A stretch of 64,000 bases of DNA from a virus (taxonomy: Duplodnaviria > Caudoviricetes), in the IMG/VR virus record IMGVR_UViG_2923649072_000003, positions 21,280-85,279 of that record. One strand, 5' to 3'. Below, one piece after another: positions 26,830 through 37,303 of this stretch (position 1 is its first letter; every line of letters starts with the position of its first letter). The notes under the pieces were generated by a model. That model was not told where the DNA came from. It ran no database searches and saw only the letters and a list, made by a program, of their open reading frames with translations. The position numbers and the translations under genes are program-made.

Positions 26830-27326
26830 GCGCCCGGATACGTCGTGCGACGGCGGAGGATGCGTCTGCCGCGCGGGAGGTCGACACGCTGGCGTTCCCC
26901 GCGGCCGGCGTGGTCAGTCACCGGTCGGATCCGGGTGGCGTCGAGGCGTCCGTGGTGGCGGGCGAGGTGTTGGTGGCTGAGGTTGACGGGCGGGTGGTCG
27001 CGTACGCGCAGCGTGAGCCTGTCGCGGCTGGGGTCGAGCTCCTGAATGGGATGGGTGTGATCCCGGATTTTCAGGGTCGGGGGTTGGGGCGGCGCCTGCT
27101 GGGGCGCATGTGCGCGGAGGTTCGGGCGGCCGGGCTTGAGCTGGTGACGGTGACGTCGCCCCTGAATGTGGTGATGTTGTCGGTGCTGATGCGGGAGGGG
27201 TTCGTCGTGACCGCTTACCTGCCGGATTATTTCGGCCCTGGGCGTGATCGTCTGGCGCTTCAGCTGGGTACTGGCGGGGTGCTCGAGTCGCCTTACCGGT
27301 GGCCGGCGATGCAGGGACTGTCGTGA
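26826..27326 (+). CDS. GNAT-family (RimI-like) acetyltransferase
   Basis: IRRATAED, VAEVDGRVVAY, acetyl-CoA motif VIPDFQGRGLGRRLL, DYFGPG. Confidence 0.85.
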   Translation: MSARIRRATAEDASAAREVDTLAFPAAGVVSHRSDPGGVEASVVAGEVLVAEVDGRVVAYAQREPVAAGVELLNGMGVIPDFQGRGLGRRLLGRMCAEVRAAGLELVTVTSPLNVVMLSVLMREGFVVTAYLPDYFGPGRDRLALQLGTGGVLESPYRWPAMQGLS

Positions 27327-27475
27327 GCGAGCCGGAACGCGACGACGACCTTGTCTACGACTCGTGGCCGGACCTGGATCCGATCAGTTTCGTGTCCGAG
27401 CGTCGCGGCCTCGGCCTGGTGCTCGCCGCCTTGTCGGTGCTGGTCATCGTGATCGTGTGCGTGGGTGCGTTGTGA
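27323..27475 (+). CDS. Small membrane protein (not in the ORF track)
   Basis: GTGA overlaps; C-terminal TM. Confidence 0.45.
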   Translation: MSEPERDDDLVYDSWPDLDPISFVSERRGLGLVLAALSVLVIVIVCVGAL

Positions 27476-27633
27476 GCCCGGACGTGCTGCAGGAGTGGCG
27501 TCGGTACGAGCGTGCGAACGAGGCCGCCCGTGAGCGTTACGACGTGGATCGGGACTCGATCGACGCCCGGTATGACGTGGTCCGGCCGGGGAAAGAGGGC
27601 TGGTACGTGCGTGATGTGGTCAGGGTGGCGTGA
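27472..27633 (+). CDS. Hypothetical protein
   Basis: VSPDVLQEWRRYE; coupled. Confidence 0.45.
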   Translation: MSPDVLQEWRRYERANEAARERYDVDRDSIDARYDVVRPGKEGWYVRDVVRVA

Positions 27634-27854
27634 GTGGCTTCTGGACCCCGGGACCTGACGTCGAGCGGCCGAGGGTTACGGTCACGGGTGTGCAACCAGG
27701 GATGGACGATGCGACGCTCACGGAGCTGATGGGACCGAAGTGCCCCGAATGTGGCTGGCGCGGTGACCAGCATCGGGTGCCCGTGATGGACGTACCCGCG
27801 TGCTCGAGCTGGGATCCGGCGGTTCAGCCGAAGCGGGTCCGGCAAGAGGGCTGA
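27630..27854 (+). CDS. Small Cys-containing protein
   Basis: CPECG; coupled. Confidence 0.5.
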   Translation: MSGFWTPGPDVERPRVTVTGVQPGMDDATLTELMGPKCPECGWRGDQHRVPVMDVPACSSWDPAVQPKRVRQEG

Positions 27855-27867
27855 CAAAATGCGTGCA

Positions 27868-27900
27868 GGCCCCGCACTCAGGATCGAGGAGTGCGGGGCC
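27868..27900. terminator. Hairpin terminator between convergent genes
   Basis: 12-bp inverted repeat GGCCCCGCACTC. Confidence 0.75.
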
Positions 27901-27903
27901 GCT

Positions 27904-28170
27904 TTACGCGTCGGGCTCGTACCTGCTCCAACCACGGTGAACGAGCAGCACGCCTTTCCAGGGCCACTCGCCGTGATCTTCTAGCCGCCACGACTGCAGC
28001 ATCATCTGCCGGCCGATCTGGATCATCTCTGGCTGGCCGAGTGAGGCGCGGTCGCAGGTGGTGTCTTGCGCGGTGATCTGGATCTCCCAGTCGCCCTCGT
28101 CGAGCTGCCAGGCGTGCGCGAAGTGCCAGCGGGCGAGGGTCGCGAGTTCCTGCGGGGTCCAGTCGAGCAT
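27904..28170 (-). CDS. Hypothetical protein
   Basis: ORF ending at the terminator. Confidence 0.5.
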   Translation of the reverse strand: MLDWTPQELATLARWHFAHAWQLDEGDWEIQITAQDTTCDRASLGQPEMIQIGRQMMLQSWRLEDHGEWPWKGVLLVHRGWSRYEPDA

Positions 28171-28179
28171 GGGGGCAGG

Positions 28180-28749
28180 CTAGTCCTGGTCCCCGGGCTT
28201 AATGGAACCCCCGACCTTTAGGACTTGGGCGAGCCGACCTCGATGACGGACCCACTCCTTGCCTGCCGCGTCCCGGAACTCGAGGATCAGTGCGGCCGAG
28301 TAGGAGTCATTGGGTTTGACCAGGCTCATCGAGACATCGCGAATGTCGGTCGCTTGCGGCGGCAAGACCTCAAAATTTATTGGCTCGGCGTTGCCGTCGA
28401 GAGCGCGGACCCGAACCTCATAGACCGGCTGATTTGAGAGGTTGGAGATGTGCAGGCGCGCAAGTGACGGGCCGGGCTGGCCCATCTCGGCCATCGATTG
28501 CGGCGTGTAGTCGGGGTCGGGCTTCACCTCAAACCAGGCGCCGATCAGTCGAGCCTGCTCCCTAATACTTTGCATCTCATTCGCTGCGTCGCGGCCCCGC
28601 TCAACCTGCAGCAGGTTGTGGCTACTCGCCGCAGCTCGCTTCGCGTAAACCGCGGCGACACTGGCTGCGATCAGCGCCCCTGCAGTGCTGAACCCTCCGA
28701 TGATGTCCGCCCAGTCAACCCATGTCCCCAATGCGCCCATGGCGCGCAT
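28180..28749 (-). CDS. Membrane-anchored accessory (moron-like) protein
   Basis: N-terminal TM; lower GC; QARLIGAW...ISNLSNQPVY...FRDAAGKEW. Confidence 0.65.
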   Translation of the reverse strand: MRAMGALGTWVDWADIIGGFSTAGALIAASVAAVYAKRAAASSHNLLQVERGRDAANEMQSIREQARLIGAWFEVKPDPDYTPQSMAEMGQPGPSLARLHISNLSNQPVYEVRVRALDGNAEPINFEVLPPQATDIRDVSMSLVKPNDSYSAALILEFRDAAGKEWVRHRGRLAQVLKVGGSIKPGDQD

Positions 28750-28830
28750 TATGCCGGGCCTACCCCAGCTCCCGAAGCTAAAACGACCTGGCGATTCAGG
28801 TTACGAACGAGTCGTGCCGAGGTCGGCCGC

Positions 28831-29127
28831 ATGATGAGACCGATCGATTGGTGGCGCGACGAACTGCGGGAGACCGAGCGTCGGGGGATCGCTAGTGGTG
28901 GGGGCTTGGATGACGGCGAGTTTCCTGACGAGCGTTGGCCGCTTGTGGTCCAGGCTCGCAGGTGGCATCAGGCGACAGTGGAAATGCGAGTCACCGCCGT
29001 TGAGCGGTCTCGCGAGCAGCGCATTGGCCGAAGCCTGCAGAACGATCCTTCCCATGACTTCATCCGATGGGTGGACAGGGAGGCGTCCGTGGAGTTCTGG
29101 GCCTTTCCGCTCGCCGGCGACCGGTAG
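28831..29127 (+). CDS. Hypothetical protein
   Basis: MMRPIDWWRDEL; divergent from the moron-like gene. Confidence 0.4.
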   Translation: MMRPIDWWRDELRETERRGIASGGGLDDGEFPDERWPLVVQARRWHQATVEMRVTAVERSREQRIGRSLQNDPSHDFIRWVDREASVEFWAFPLAGDR

Positions 29128-29129
29128 CG

Positions 29130-29633
29130 ATGTCCTGGGAGCCAGTGATTCCTGGCGTGTTCGCTCTTGGGGGTGTGCTCTTGAGCATGACCGGAGGAGC
29201 CGTGTCTGCGACTTACAGGAACCGTCGGGCGGACCGGGCTGAGGTTAGGCGTGGTCGCGATCAGAGGCTTGTGGCCGTCTCGGTGGAGCTGTCGACGTTC
29301 GTGGCGAACATGATTCCGATCGTGTCTGACGATCGGCTCACGCTGGGTTCGCTACTGTGGAAACAAGCCCACCAAGAGCGTCAGCACCTCCTGGAGCGCA
29401 ACGTGCGGGTGTACGCGAACGTTCGGACACTTCGTTTTGAGTTGCTGAGGTTCGGCCCCGACCGGGGGGTCCCGCTTGTCGACGAGGCGCTGACCCTGAT
29501 GGAGAAATCGCAGCACGCGGTCACCCGCGACCCGATAGGTCGCGTTCCTGACAAGGCCGCGAATGCAGTGCGCGAATGGCTGGTTCGCTTAAGGGGCATC
29601 GCTGACGATCTCGCAACGCTGGCGCCAAACTAG
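29130..29633 (+). CDS. Membrane-anchored accessory protein
   Basis: N-terminal TM PGVFALGGVLL. Confidence 0.6.
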   Translation: MSWEPVIPGVFALGGVLLSMTGGAVSATYRNRRADRAEVRRGRDQRLVAVSVELSTFVANMIPIVSDDRLTLGSLLWKQAHQERQHLLERNVRVYANVRTLRFELLRFGPDRGVPLVDEALTLMEKSQHAVTRDPIGRVPDKAANAVREWLVRLRGIADDLATLAPN

Positions 29634-29637
29634 CGAA

Positions 29638-29668
29638 ACGGCCCACCCCCGGCGCGAGGGTGGGCCGT
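29638..29668. terminator. Terminator at the end of the late operon
   Basis: ACGGCCCACCC/GGGTGGGCCGT. Confidence 0.75.
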
Positions 29669-29689
29669 ATCGAGCAAGCCGGGCATGCC

Positions 29690-31300
29690 TTACGAGACCA
29701 GGCCGCGTCTCGTGAGGTTCTCCATGGTGAGCTGCGCGACAGACAGTGCCACCCCCGCGCCCGTGACCGACATTCGGAACTGCATCGTCGTCGCGCCAGC
29801 CGGCACGGTCTCCTCTGCGGTCCAGACCGACCAGGACGGCACGTCGGCTGTCAGTTGCAGGTCGGTGAGGTTGCCGGGCGTGACGCCGCCGCCGTAGAAG
29901 ACTTGCAGGCGGACGGCTCCCGAATTGATGTCCAGGCCGGACACTTTGAGCATGAACCCGACCCGGATGCGGTCTCCGGCAACGAAGTCGGTGCCGACGG
30001 CAAGGGCGGGTCCCTCGCCGATGCGGATCGCGTATGCGCCTCCCGTGATGGTGAAGATGTTCCCCGCGATCCCGGTCTCCGTGGTGATGCTGCCCGTGGA
30101 GGTCGGCTCGCCGTAGAACCCCCAACCGGTGGGCGCGGTGGCCCCATTGACGGCGGGCAGGAGCGCGCCGTTCGAGGTGCCTCCGGTCTGGTTCTGGCGG
30201 GCGCCGAGCATCGTGCCGGTGTATCTAGGGTCGATCGACATCCACCCGAGTGCGGCGCGGGGGAACATGTCTTGCAGTTTCGACCACGCATTGACGCCCA
30301 TGTCTCGCTGCGTGAGGGCGTCAGGGTGGACGCCGTCTTGCGTCATGCCCGCCTTGAAAAGCCCGGTGGCCGCGTCGGTCAGGATGAGGTACTGGTCGAC
30401 GAGGGGCAGGCCGTACTTCTGCGCGAGACCTAGCGCGACCTGACGGATCGAGCTGATCTGCGTGGCGAGAGGCACCGCGGGGGAGACGCCGGGAATGTTG
30501 CCGGGAACGTTCTCGGTCGAGTTGCCCGACCCGAGAACATCGGCGGTGGGCGGCTGCTGGGCCGTGGGGGTCAGGCCGTTGTCGACGAAGTAGGGGTACG
30601 TGTCGGCGCGTCCGTAGCCTTCCCCGATCCCGCCGATGAACCCCCACGTCGATGATCCCTGAGTCCGCCGGTAGATGTGCCAGCGTGCGACGTTCTGCCG
30701 CGGCCATTTCAGGTTCACGGTGCCGGTGGCCGAGAGAGTCACGGGCACGGTCGCGACCGGTAGCCCTTCCTGGCCGCCCGCGCCGCCGGACACCCTTCCC
30801 GTGATGGTGTATTCGTAGCTGCCGGCTGCGAGAGTGCCGGAGCTGGTGAAGGTCGTAGCGGTGATCGAAGCCGTTGACGGAGAAACAAATTTCGGCATGC
30901 CCCGGGGCGGGGGAGTCAGGAGCCCGACAGCTATGCCCTTGGCCCGGGCCTGCTGGATCATCGATTCGAGACTGGCGAGAGTCTCCGTGGTCCAGTTGAT
31001 GTCGTTCGTGCCGGTCGCGATCAGGATGATCCTCGAGTTCTCGCTCAGTACGTCGTTGGGGAATCGCGCGGCGATAGCCGTCGTGCGCTGGCCGCCGATC
31101 GCGTAGTTACGGACCAGCCGCATCCGCCCGCCGGACGCGAGAGCCATGTACGTCGCCCACGTGTCACCGTGACTGTTGTTGGTGGCCGACGAGTTTGCCT
31201 GGGTGATGCTGTCGCCCGTGACGACCGTGGAGTAGCCTGGCTGAACACTCTTCGGCACCCCGCCACTCGGCGTAATGCGGGCGGAGCTGAATGCGCTCAC
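29690..31300 (-). CDS. SGNH/GDSL esterase tail-associated protein with FN3-like insertion and CBM-like C-terminus
   Basis: GDSIT, AIGG, GTND, DGVHP. Confidence 0.85.
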   Translation of the reverse strand: MSAFSSARITPSGGVPKSVQPGYSTVVTGDSITQANSSATNNSHGDTWATYMALASGGRMRLVRNYAIGGQRTTAIAARFPNDVLSENSRIILIATGTNDINWTTETLASLESMIQQARAKGIAVGLLTPPPRGMPKFVSPSTASITATTFTSSGTLAAGSYEYTITGRVSGGAGGQEGLPVATVPVTLSATGTVNLKWPRQNVARWHIYRRTQGSSTWGFIGGIGEGYGRADTYPYFVDNGLTPTAQQPPTADVLGSGNSTENVPGNIPGVSPAVPLATQISSIRQVALGLAQKYGLPLVDQYLILTDAATGLFKAGMTQDGVHPDALTQRDMGVNAWSKLQDMFPRAALGWMSIDPRYTGTMLGARQNQTGGTSNGALLPAVNGATAPTGWGFYGEPTSTGSITTETGIAGNIFTITGGAYAIRIGEGPALAVGTDFVAGDRIRVGFMLKVSGLDINSGAVRLQVFYGGGVTPGNLTDLQLTADVPSWSVWTAEETVPAGATTMQFRMSVTGAGVALSVAQLTMENLTRRGLVS

Positions 31301-32511
31301 GGGGCGGCAGCCGCAACGAGATCCGGAAGATTACTGACGTCGAAGACGCCCACCTCACCGATCCGAGCCTGTACGTTCTGACCAGTCGGCAGGCCTACCT
31401 GCATCACGAGGTTGAGTCCCGTGACTCCGGCGGGGACGGTGTAGATGCTCTGGATGAAGTCGGGGACCCTCGGGATGAGGGCGCCGAAGTTCGCGCGGGA
31501 CACGAACGCCTGGTCGTGCAGGCGTAGAGCAACGGTCGCGGTCGGGCCGGCGCCCTGGGCGGCGTTGTAGTAGCCGCCCGCGATGTCGACGACCTGCATC
31601 CGCGCGGTGATGAGCAGCTTCTGGCCAGGCGTGACGGTGCCGACCGGGTAGACGAAGTAGCGGTTACCTCCGGAAGCTGTTGCATCAAAGGCCATCTGAG
31701 CCCATTTGCCGAACCGCAAAGTCCCAGAAGTGTCGGTCACCACGGAGTATGTCGGGGCCGTGCCGGTGCCCCCCGGCTGCTCGTACCAACCCGTCGTGTT
31801 CGTGAGGAACTGCGGGTTGGTGATCATGTTGAACGGGCCGCCGACTGAGTCGACGATGTGTGGCACGTCTGGGGTCAGCAGCTCGAGAAACGCCTTGACG
31901 AAGGCTTCAGCGATCTTCTGGTGGCCGACCGTCTCAGGGTGGATGCCGTCGGTGTCGTAGCCGCCCGCCATGCCGTAGCCGCCGCCGCTGACCAACGCGC
32001 TGTAGACGTCCGCGATCTTGATGCCCTGGGTTGGCGCCCAGATCCGCAACCATGCGTTGAACTGGGCGACCCGCAGGTGATTCGCGGCCGGGCGGGATCC
32101 GCCGAGCGGCGGCGTCGTGCCGATGATCAGCGTTATGCCGTCCTGCCTCGCCTTCGCCGCGATGCCCTTGATGGCCGCTGCGTACCTTGAGAGGTCCTGC
32201 TGCCCGGCATCGTTCGTGCCCGCCATGAGCATGACGACCTGGGCGCCGTTCGCGCGCACGTCCATGTCGTACCGGGCGAGCATCTCGTCCGACCGCTGTC
32301 CCGGGTAGCCGCGTTCGATCCAGTTCTGGCTGATCCGCCCGCCGAGCATCTTGGCGACCTGGTCCACGAATCGCTGCCCCGCGCTGGCGGTGCTGCCATG
32401 GGTGATGCTGTCGCCGAGGAAGACCAGCTTCGCGCCCGGCGGCGGAGGCTGGGTCGGCGTCCCGGGCCAGCGCGACTGCTGCGGCGCTGAGGTCACGATG
32501 CGGGCGGTCAT
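31297..32511 (-). CDS. SGNH/GDSL esterase tail-associated protein
   Basis: FLGDSIT, GYPG, AGTND, DGIHP; start MTARIV at 32511. Confidence 0.85.
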   Translation of the reverse strand: MTARIVTSAPQQSRWPGTPTQPPPPGAKLVFLGDSITHGSTASAGQRFVDQVAKMLGGRISQNWIERGYPGQRSDEMLARYDMDVRANGAQVVMLMAGTNDAGQQDLSRYAAAIKGIAAKARQDGITLIIGTTPPLGGSRPAANHLRVAQFNAWLRIWAPTQGIKIADVYSALVSGGGYGMAGGYDTDGIHPETVGHQKIAEAFVKAFLELLTPDVPHIVDSVGGPFNMITNPQFLTNTTGWYEQPGGTGTAPTYSVVTDTSGTLRFGKWAQMAFDATASGGNRYFVYPVGTVTPGQKLLITARMQVVDIAGGYYNAAQGAGPTATVALRLHDQAFVSRANFGALIPRVPDFIQSIYTVPAGVTGLNLVMQVGLPTGQNVQARIGEVGVFDVSNLPDLVAAAAP

Positions 32512-33200
32512 GCGGGCAGCTCCGCCCCGCAGAGGGTGAAGGTGCACGCCGGTGCGGTGCCCGCGCCTGCCGGGCCGCCGGAAGTAGTGGCCGTGCCCGT
32601 GTCGGTGTAGCTGAGGGTGCTCTGGCCGGTGACCGCGGCCAGCAGGCTCAGGTTGCCGCTGCTCGTGCCGCGGTACACCTTGTAGCCGGTGGCGCCGCCG
32701 ACCTTCGGCCAGGACAGAGCGACGGACGAGGTGGAGCCGGTGACCGCGACCGGGCCGATCTCGAGGCAGGCCGGCGACTCCCCCTTCGCGTTCGTGGCCG
32801 CGTACCGGTAGAAGTAGCTCCCGGCCGCCAGGGTGCCGCCGGTCGAAGACGCGACGGACGACATCTGCGGCGCCATCGGGATCGAGTCCGACTGCCCCCA
32901 CAGGGTGTCACCGGGCCGCAGAGTGGTCGGCACGTCGCTCTCGTAGGTCGAGTTCGCCGGGATGACCAGCCCACCGACGAGCGACTGACTGCCGTTGGCG
33001 GTCTGACCCTGCTTCACCTGCAGAAGCTGGACAGCCACGGAACTGTTGGTGGGGTTCGCGATACGGATGCTGGTGACCTGTGTGCGCGCACCGCCACCGG
33101 TGGCTCCGGGCGCGGTGTAGACGGTTTCGCCAGCGACCGCGGGCTGGTCGAGATAGAGCCGGTCGAGGTTGACCCCGAGGGCCGAGAGCGAGATTGGCAT
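32508..33200 (-). CDS. Minor tail protein with FN3-like domain
   Basis: TLAAGSYFY...GES...LSW...GYKVYRG...SYTDTG. Confidence 0.65.
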   Translation of the reverse strand: MPISLSALGVNLDRLYLDQPAVAGETVYTAPGATGGGARTQVTSIRIANPTNSSVAVQLLQVKQGQTANGSQSLVGGLVIPANSTYESDVPTTLRPGDTLWGQSDSIPMAPQMSSVASSTGGTLAAGSYFYRYAATNAKGESPACLEIGPVAVTGSTSSVALSWPKVGGATGYKVYRGTSSGNLSLLAAVTGQSTLSYTDTGTATTSGGPAGAGTAPACTFTLCGAELPA

Positions 33201-33210
33201 GGGGGTCTCC

Positions 33211-33519
33211 TCAGAGTCCGATCAGGGAAAAGATGAGGGCGGTACCGGCGGCGTCTGTAGCCGAGATGTTTCCGGCCGTCCCGCCGGGACCGTAGGTGCC
33301 GGGGAGTGCGCCGAAGGCCGTATTCACGTCACTGGTGTTCGCCTTGCCGGTCAGGGCGCTGGCTGCGCCGCTCGCCGTCGACTGTGCGGCACCAGCTGCT
33401 GCGAGCGCCTCGTCAGCGACCTGGGCTGCGGCAAAGATGCCGTCTTGCATGTGCTGGTCGCGGGCGGCGTTGTACGGGGTCTGCCCGTCGGTGGCGGGTG
33501 CGGGCTTCGTGTAGGTCAT
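33211..33519 (-). CDS. Minor tail or fibre-associated protein
   Basis: TPYNAARDQHMQDGI; Ala-rich. Confidence 0.55.
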   Translation of the reverse strand: MTYTKPAPATDGQTPYNAARDQHMQDGIFAAAQVADEALAAAGAAQSTASGAASALTGKANTSDVNTAFGALPGTYGPGGTAGNISATDAAGTALIFSLIGL

Positions 33520-33530
33520 GTGAGTTTCCC

Positions 33531-35060
33531 TTACAGGTCGCCGGGGTTCACGCCGAGCGCGGTCAGGTCGAGGATGTCAAGGCAGCCGAGGCGGAACTTG
33601 ACGTGCGCTCCGGTGGGTAGGCCAACCTTCCATTCGATCTTGCATGTGGTCACGCCCGTCGGGAGCCGGAACATCGTCAAGAACGGACCGGGGGTCGGGT
33701 CCCACGTGTTCGTCGCCCCGGAAATACCCGTGTATAGGACGCTTCCGTTGTCGGACAGGACACTGACGCCCCACCCGCCCGCGCCAGTCCCGAACGCTGC
33801 GACACCACCGGAGATGTCCTCAAGCTCAACCTGAGCGACCAGCGCGCACAAGCCGCCGGCGGTCAGCCCTGTCATGCCCTTGGCCAGCCCCGTGAAACCT
33901 CCTTGAGTGGCCGTGCAGTCGAGTTGCGCCCACTTCCCGGCAGCCAAAGCGGAACCAGCGGCCGGATCCACGCAGGCATAATCAGGCGTCGTCATCGTCG
34001 AGCCGAAAAGCGCCTGATAGCCAGTCGGGCCGCCGCCAGCAGTCGCCATCAGCGGGTTGCTGTTCACGCCCACACCAGCGGACGCGATCAGAGGCGCGAC
34101 GGGCGGACGGACCGCCGCGATTGCGGGCCCGATCACCTTGCCCATAGCGATGTGACCGGTGTTGACCGGGTGGATGCCGTCGCCGTTGTGGTCGCTGCGG
34201 ATCCAGCCCGTCGCAGGGTCGACCATCGCCCGGTGCGTGTCGGCGAGTGGCACGTCGTTCGCGGGCGCCCACTGCCTCAGCCAGAGGTTCTGCGCGTTGA
34301 TGAACGCCCGGCGGTCGCTTGCGTTCGCGACGGTGGACCCGACGGGCGGCACCGTTCCGATGACCATGGGGATGCCGAGAGCGCGGACCTTCGCGCGGAT
34401 CGCCTTGATGTTCGACTGCCACTGCGCCAGCGTGTTACGGCCGAAGTCATTCGTCCCGGCGAGCAGGAACACGCCGCCGGGCTTCGTCGCGATCACATCC
34501 GTGTCGAACCGGTTGAGGAGCTGCCCCGAGTCCTCCCCGGGGAAACCGCAGATGCTGGAAATACCGCCAGCGGGCGGGTTCTGGGCGCCCGGAGCGGCAG
34601 GCGACCGAAGGTTCGCGACGCGTGCCGTGCCGCCCGCCGTTGAGACCGCCACGTAAGGGAAACTCACGCCCGGGTCTGCGTTCGCGCCGTTCGTGATGCT
34701 GTCCCCGAGGAAAGTCCACGCACGCCCGGCGATCAACCGGGTCGGCGCGGCGCTGCTCGTGTACGCGAACGCCAGGGATGGGCTCGCCGCGATCTGCGGC
34801 AGCGACATCGTGGCGGCGGCACCGAGACCAAGGTTGTTACGGGCCGCCACGGCCGAGGGGAGGTCGGCAAGGTTCGACGACTTCTGCACCGACCCGGCGA
34901 TGCGGGTGTCGCCCTGGATCGCGGCGTCTACGCTTTCGCTGAGCTGTTCCTGCGAGATGACGCGGGCCAGAGCAGCTGCAATCGCGGCGTTCTGGATGAC
35001 AGAGGCGTTACCCGGGTCGAGATGGACGCCGGAGCCCACGAGGGAGCCTGGTGCGGTCAT
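33531..35060 (-). CDS. SGNH/GDSL esterase tail fibre or spike
   Basis: SNLADL...ARNNLGLG fibre motif; FLGDSIT, GFPG, AGTND, DGIHP. Confidence 0.85.
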   Translation of the reverse strand: MTAPGSLVGSGVHLDPGNASVIQNAAIAAALARVISQEQLSESVDAAIQGDTRIAGSVQKSSNLADLPSAVAARNNLGLGAAATMSLPQIAASPSLAFAYTSSAAPTRLIAGRAWTFLGDSITNGANADPGVSFPYVAVSTAGGTARVANLRSPAAPGAQNPPAGGISSICGFPGEDSGQLLNRFDTDVIATKPGGVFLLAGTNDFGRNTLAQWQSNIKAIRAKVRALGIPMVIGTVPPVGSTVANASDRRAFINAQNLWLRQWAPANDVPLADTHRAMVDPATGWIRSDHNGDGIHPVNTGHIAMGKVIGPAIAAVRPPVAPLIASAGVGVNSNPLMATAGGGPTGYQALFGSTMTTPDYACVDPAAGSALAAGKWAQLDCTATQGGFTGLAKGMTGLTAGGLCALVAQVELEDISGGVAAFGTGAGGWGVSVLSDNGSVLYTGISGATNTWDPTPGPFLTMFRLPTGVTTCKIEWKVGLPTGAHVKFRLGCLDILDLTALGVNPGDL

Positions 35061-35093
35061 GAGATCTCCTGAAGTTGAAGCGTCCGGTACATG

Positions 35094-35597
35094 TCAGGCC
35101 CCGATCACGAAGGGCACCGCGAGGTTCGGGCCGATGACCGAACCGCCTGGGTCGGGAATCGCGCTCGGTGCCGTCCACGCTGCCGTCGTCGCCGAAGTCG
35201 CCATCAGCACGTACCCGGCCTGCGGCGTGCCGGACACGGTCACACCGCGGATCCGTGCCACGGTTGGCGCCTCGGCGGTGCCGGCCAAGTCCCCGGCTGG
35301 CCGGGCGTACGTGTTGCGGAAGGCGTCCTCAGACGCGAGCTGACCGACGGAACGAGTCGCCGACGAGCCAAGCCCTAACGCCACCCGGCCCGTCTGCGCG
35401 TTCACGTTCGACAGGTCGTCCCGCGCGAGATTGCTGGTCGCGAACTCTGCGACAGCCTCCGCGACCGCCTCGGCCAGCTGTTCTTGCGTGACGACACGAG
35501 CGAGCAGATTGGCGATTGCCGCGTTCTGCACGGCCGCGAAAGTCGCGGGATCCATGTTGACCGCCGAGCCCACTCGCGAGCCAGGAATGCCACCCAT
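35094..35597 (-). CDS. Short tail-fibre-like protein (N-terminus paralogous to 33531-35060)
   Basis: PGSRVGS...QNAAIA...QEQL; DLSNV...GRVALGLG; GDLAGT...PTV. Confidence 0.65.
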   Translation of the reverse strand: MGGIPGSRVGSAVNMDPATFAAVQNAAIANLLARVVTQEQLAEAVAEAVAEFATSNLARDDLSNVNAQTGRVALGLGSSATRSVGQLASEDAFRNTYARPAGDLAGTAEAPTVARIRGVTVSGTPQAGYVLMATSATTAAWTAPSAIPDPGGSVIGPNLAVPFVIGA

Positions 35598-35605
35598 GTT
35601 GCCTC

Positions 35606-36781
35606 CTAGGCCAGTTCAAGAGAGACGTTGCCGAGGACAGGCGAGGCGAGGCCATTGCCGCCAGCCGTCGCCAGCCGCAGCCACTGATCGCCGGTCGAGG
35701 CGGCCGGCAGAGTCACCCACGCCGACGAGACGCCACCAGCTGCACCCAGGGACACTGACGGCCCGGATGCACCATCGAGAGCCACCCACACCTGCTGGTC
35801 GGTCGAACGCTGCACCAGCAGAGAGCCGACACCGGCACCAGCAATGACCGCCGTAAGTCGCGCCTTCACGTACCCGGTGAGGTCGAGGCGCGTACGGATC
35901 CGGGTGCTGCCGACCTCGAGCAGCTGGGCGCCGAGCAGGGCCAGCGTCAGGCCGCCGGTCGTCATGGTCAGTACCGCCGCACCGCGAGGACCAGCGTCCC
36001 CCTTGGCGCCAGTCCCGCCCGTGGGACCGGTGGCCCCTGCAGGTCCCGTCGCGCCTGCAGGCCCTGATGGACCTTGCGGGCCCGTGTCGCCCTTGGCGCC
36101 GGTTGGCCCTGCTGGCCCCGTGGCTCCGGTGGCGCCGGGTATTCCCTGGGAGCCCGTATCGCCCTTCGTTCCGGCGGGACCCGCTGGCCCCGGGACGCCC
36201 TGAGGGCCGGCCGAACCGGTCGCGCCTGTAGCGCCCTTGTCGCCCTGGGGGCCTGGCGGACCGACGGGACCAGCCACTCCGGCGGGACCCGCCGGGCCGG
36301 TCTCACCCTGGACGCCCTGCAGGCCGCGTTCACCTGTCGGCCCCGCGACCCCGTGTGCGCCATCCGCGCCGGGAGTTCCTGCCGGCCCGGGATCACCCTG
36401 CGGTCCGGGGATTCCGACGCCGTCTCGCCCGTCGACCCCTGGACTGCCCTGCGCACCCTGCGGGCCGACGTCACCCGCCGGCCCCTGAGGACCACGCGGG
36501 CCGGTCACGATCGTCACCGCGGACTCGTCGTCCGCGATCTCATGGCGGATCTGGATCAGCTGCGCGGCCACATCGGCAGCAAGCCGCTCAATGACCGCCT
36601 CAGTGACCTCGCCCAGCTGCTGCGCAACCTGCGCAGCCATCATCGCGGTCGCACGCTGCACATCAGCCATCGACGGCAAACGCCCAAGCTGATCAACCAG
36701 CGCCGACCGAGTCACATCCACATACAGGCCCGGATCCGTGATGCCGGTGCCGCCAACGCGAGGGCCAGGGGCGGGCGTCAC
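35606..36781 (-). CDS. Collagen-like tail fibre protein (start uncertain)
   Basis: Long Gly-X-Y run. Confidence 0.8.
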   Translation of the reverse strand: MTPAPGPRVGGTGITDPGLYVDVTRSALVDQLGRLPSMADVQRATAMMAAQVAQQLGEVTEAVIERLAADVAAQLIQIRHEIADDESAVTIVTGPRGPQGPAGDVGPQGAQGSPGVDGRDGVGIPGPQGDPGPAGTPGADGAHGVAGPTGERGLQGVQGETGPAGPAGVAGPVGPPGPQGDKGATGATGSAGPQGVPGPAGPAGTKGDTGSQGIPGATGATGPAGPTGAKGDTGPQGPSGPAGATGPAGATGPTGGTGAKGDAGPRGAAVLTMTTGGLTLALLGAQLLEVGSTRIRTRLDLTGYVKARLTAVIAGAGVGSLLVQRSTDQQVWVALDGASGPSVSLGAAGGVSSAWVTLPAASTGDQWLRLATAGGNGLASPVLGNVSLELA

Positions 36782-36822
36782 GCTATGCAGGCCCTGCTCT
36801 TCGTGCCGTCCATGAGCATGCC

Positions 36823-37293
36823 CTACAGGCCTTCGATCGCCGAAGTCGGCACGTAACCGACCGTGATCGAGAACCCGGTGAGAGCGGTGAGAGGTGGACA
36901 TTGGAGCCGCACCGACAGTCGGCGCCCGGCCGAAACTCGCTGAGGTATTGACAGGTTCACACCCTCACGGATGAACAGGCCCAGAAAGGACGGCGGAACC
37001 TCGGCCTTCAGCACCACAGAGGCGACAGCCGTCTCCGCGCCCGCAACGCCCACGCCGACGTCGACGAATACGTTCCGATCCCGTGCAGCGTCGCCTGCCG
37101 TGCCGTAATCGGCACACAGGGCACTGACGCTCGTCAGGAGGAGGTCTGCGCCGACCGACGGAATCAGCGCCACCCACGGCGTGAACGTGCTACCCGTCGT
37201 GCTCAGGTTCGTGGTGGCGAGCTGCTGCGACACGGTGTCGGCTCGAGCGGTCAAAGCGCCACCACCACCAGGGGGCCAAGAACCCATCATCAA
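36823..37293 (-). CDS. Minor tail protein
   Basis: Operon position; [11 protein letters not shown] beta-rich. Confidence 0.55.
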   Translation of the reverse strand: MMMGSWPPGGGGALTARADTVSQQLATTNLSTTGSTFTPWVALIPSVGADLLLTSVSALCADYGTAGDAARDRNVFVDVGVGVAGAETAVASVVLKAEVPPSFLGLFIREGVNLSIPQRVSAGRRLSVRLQCPPLTALTGFSITVGYVPTSAIEGL

Positions 37294-37303
37294 CCTCCGG
37301 TAA

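Noticed and set aside
26826-27326. GNAT as an antibiotic-resistance gene or a partner of the tail esterases
   Set aside because: Only a generic RimI-like signature; no evidence for a substrate
35980-36510. 9-bp periodic repeats
   Set aside because: Explained by Gly-X-Y collagen coding
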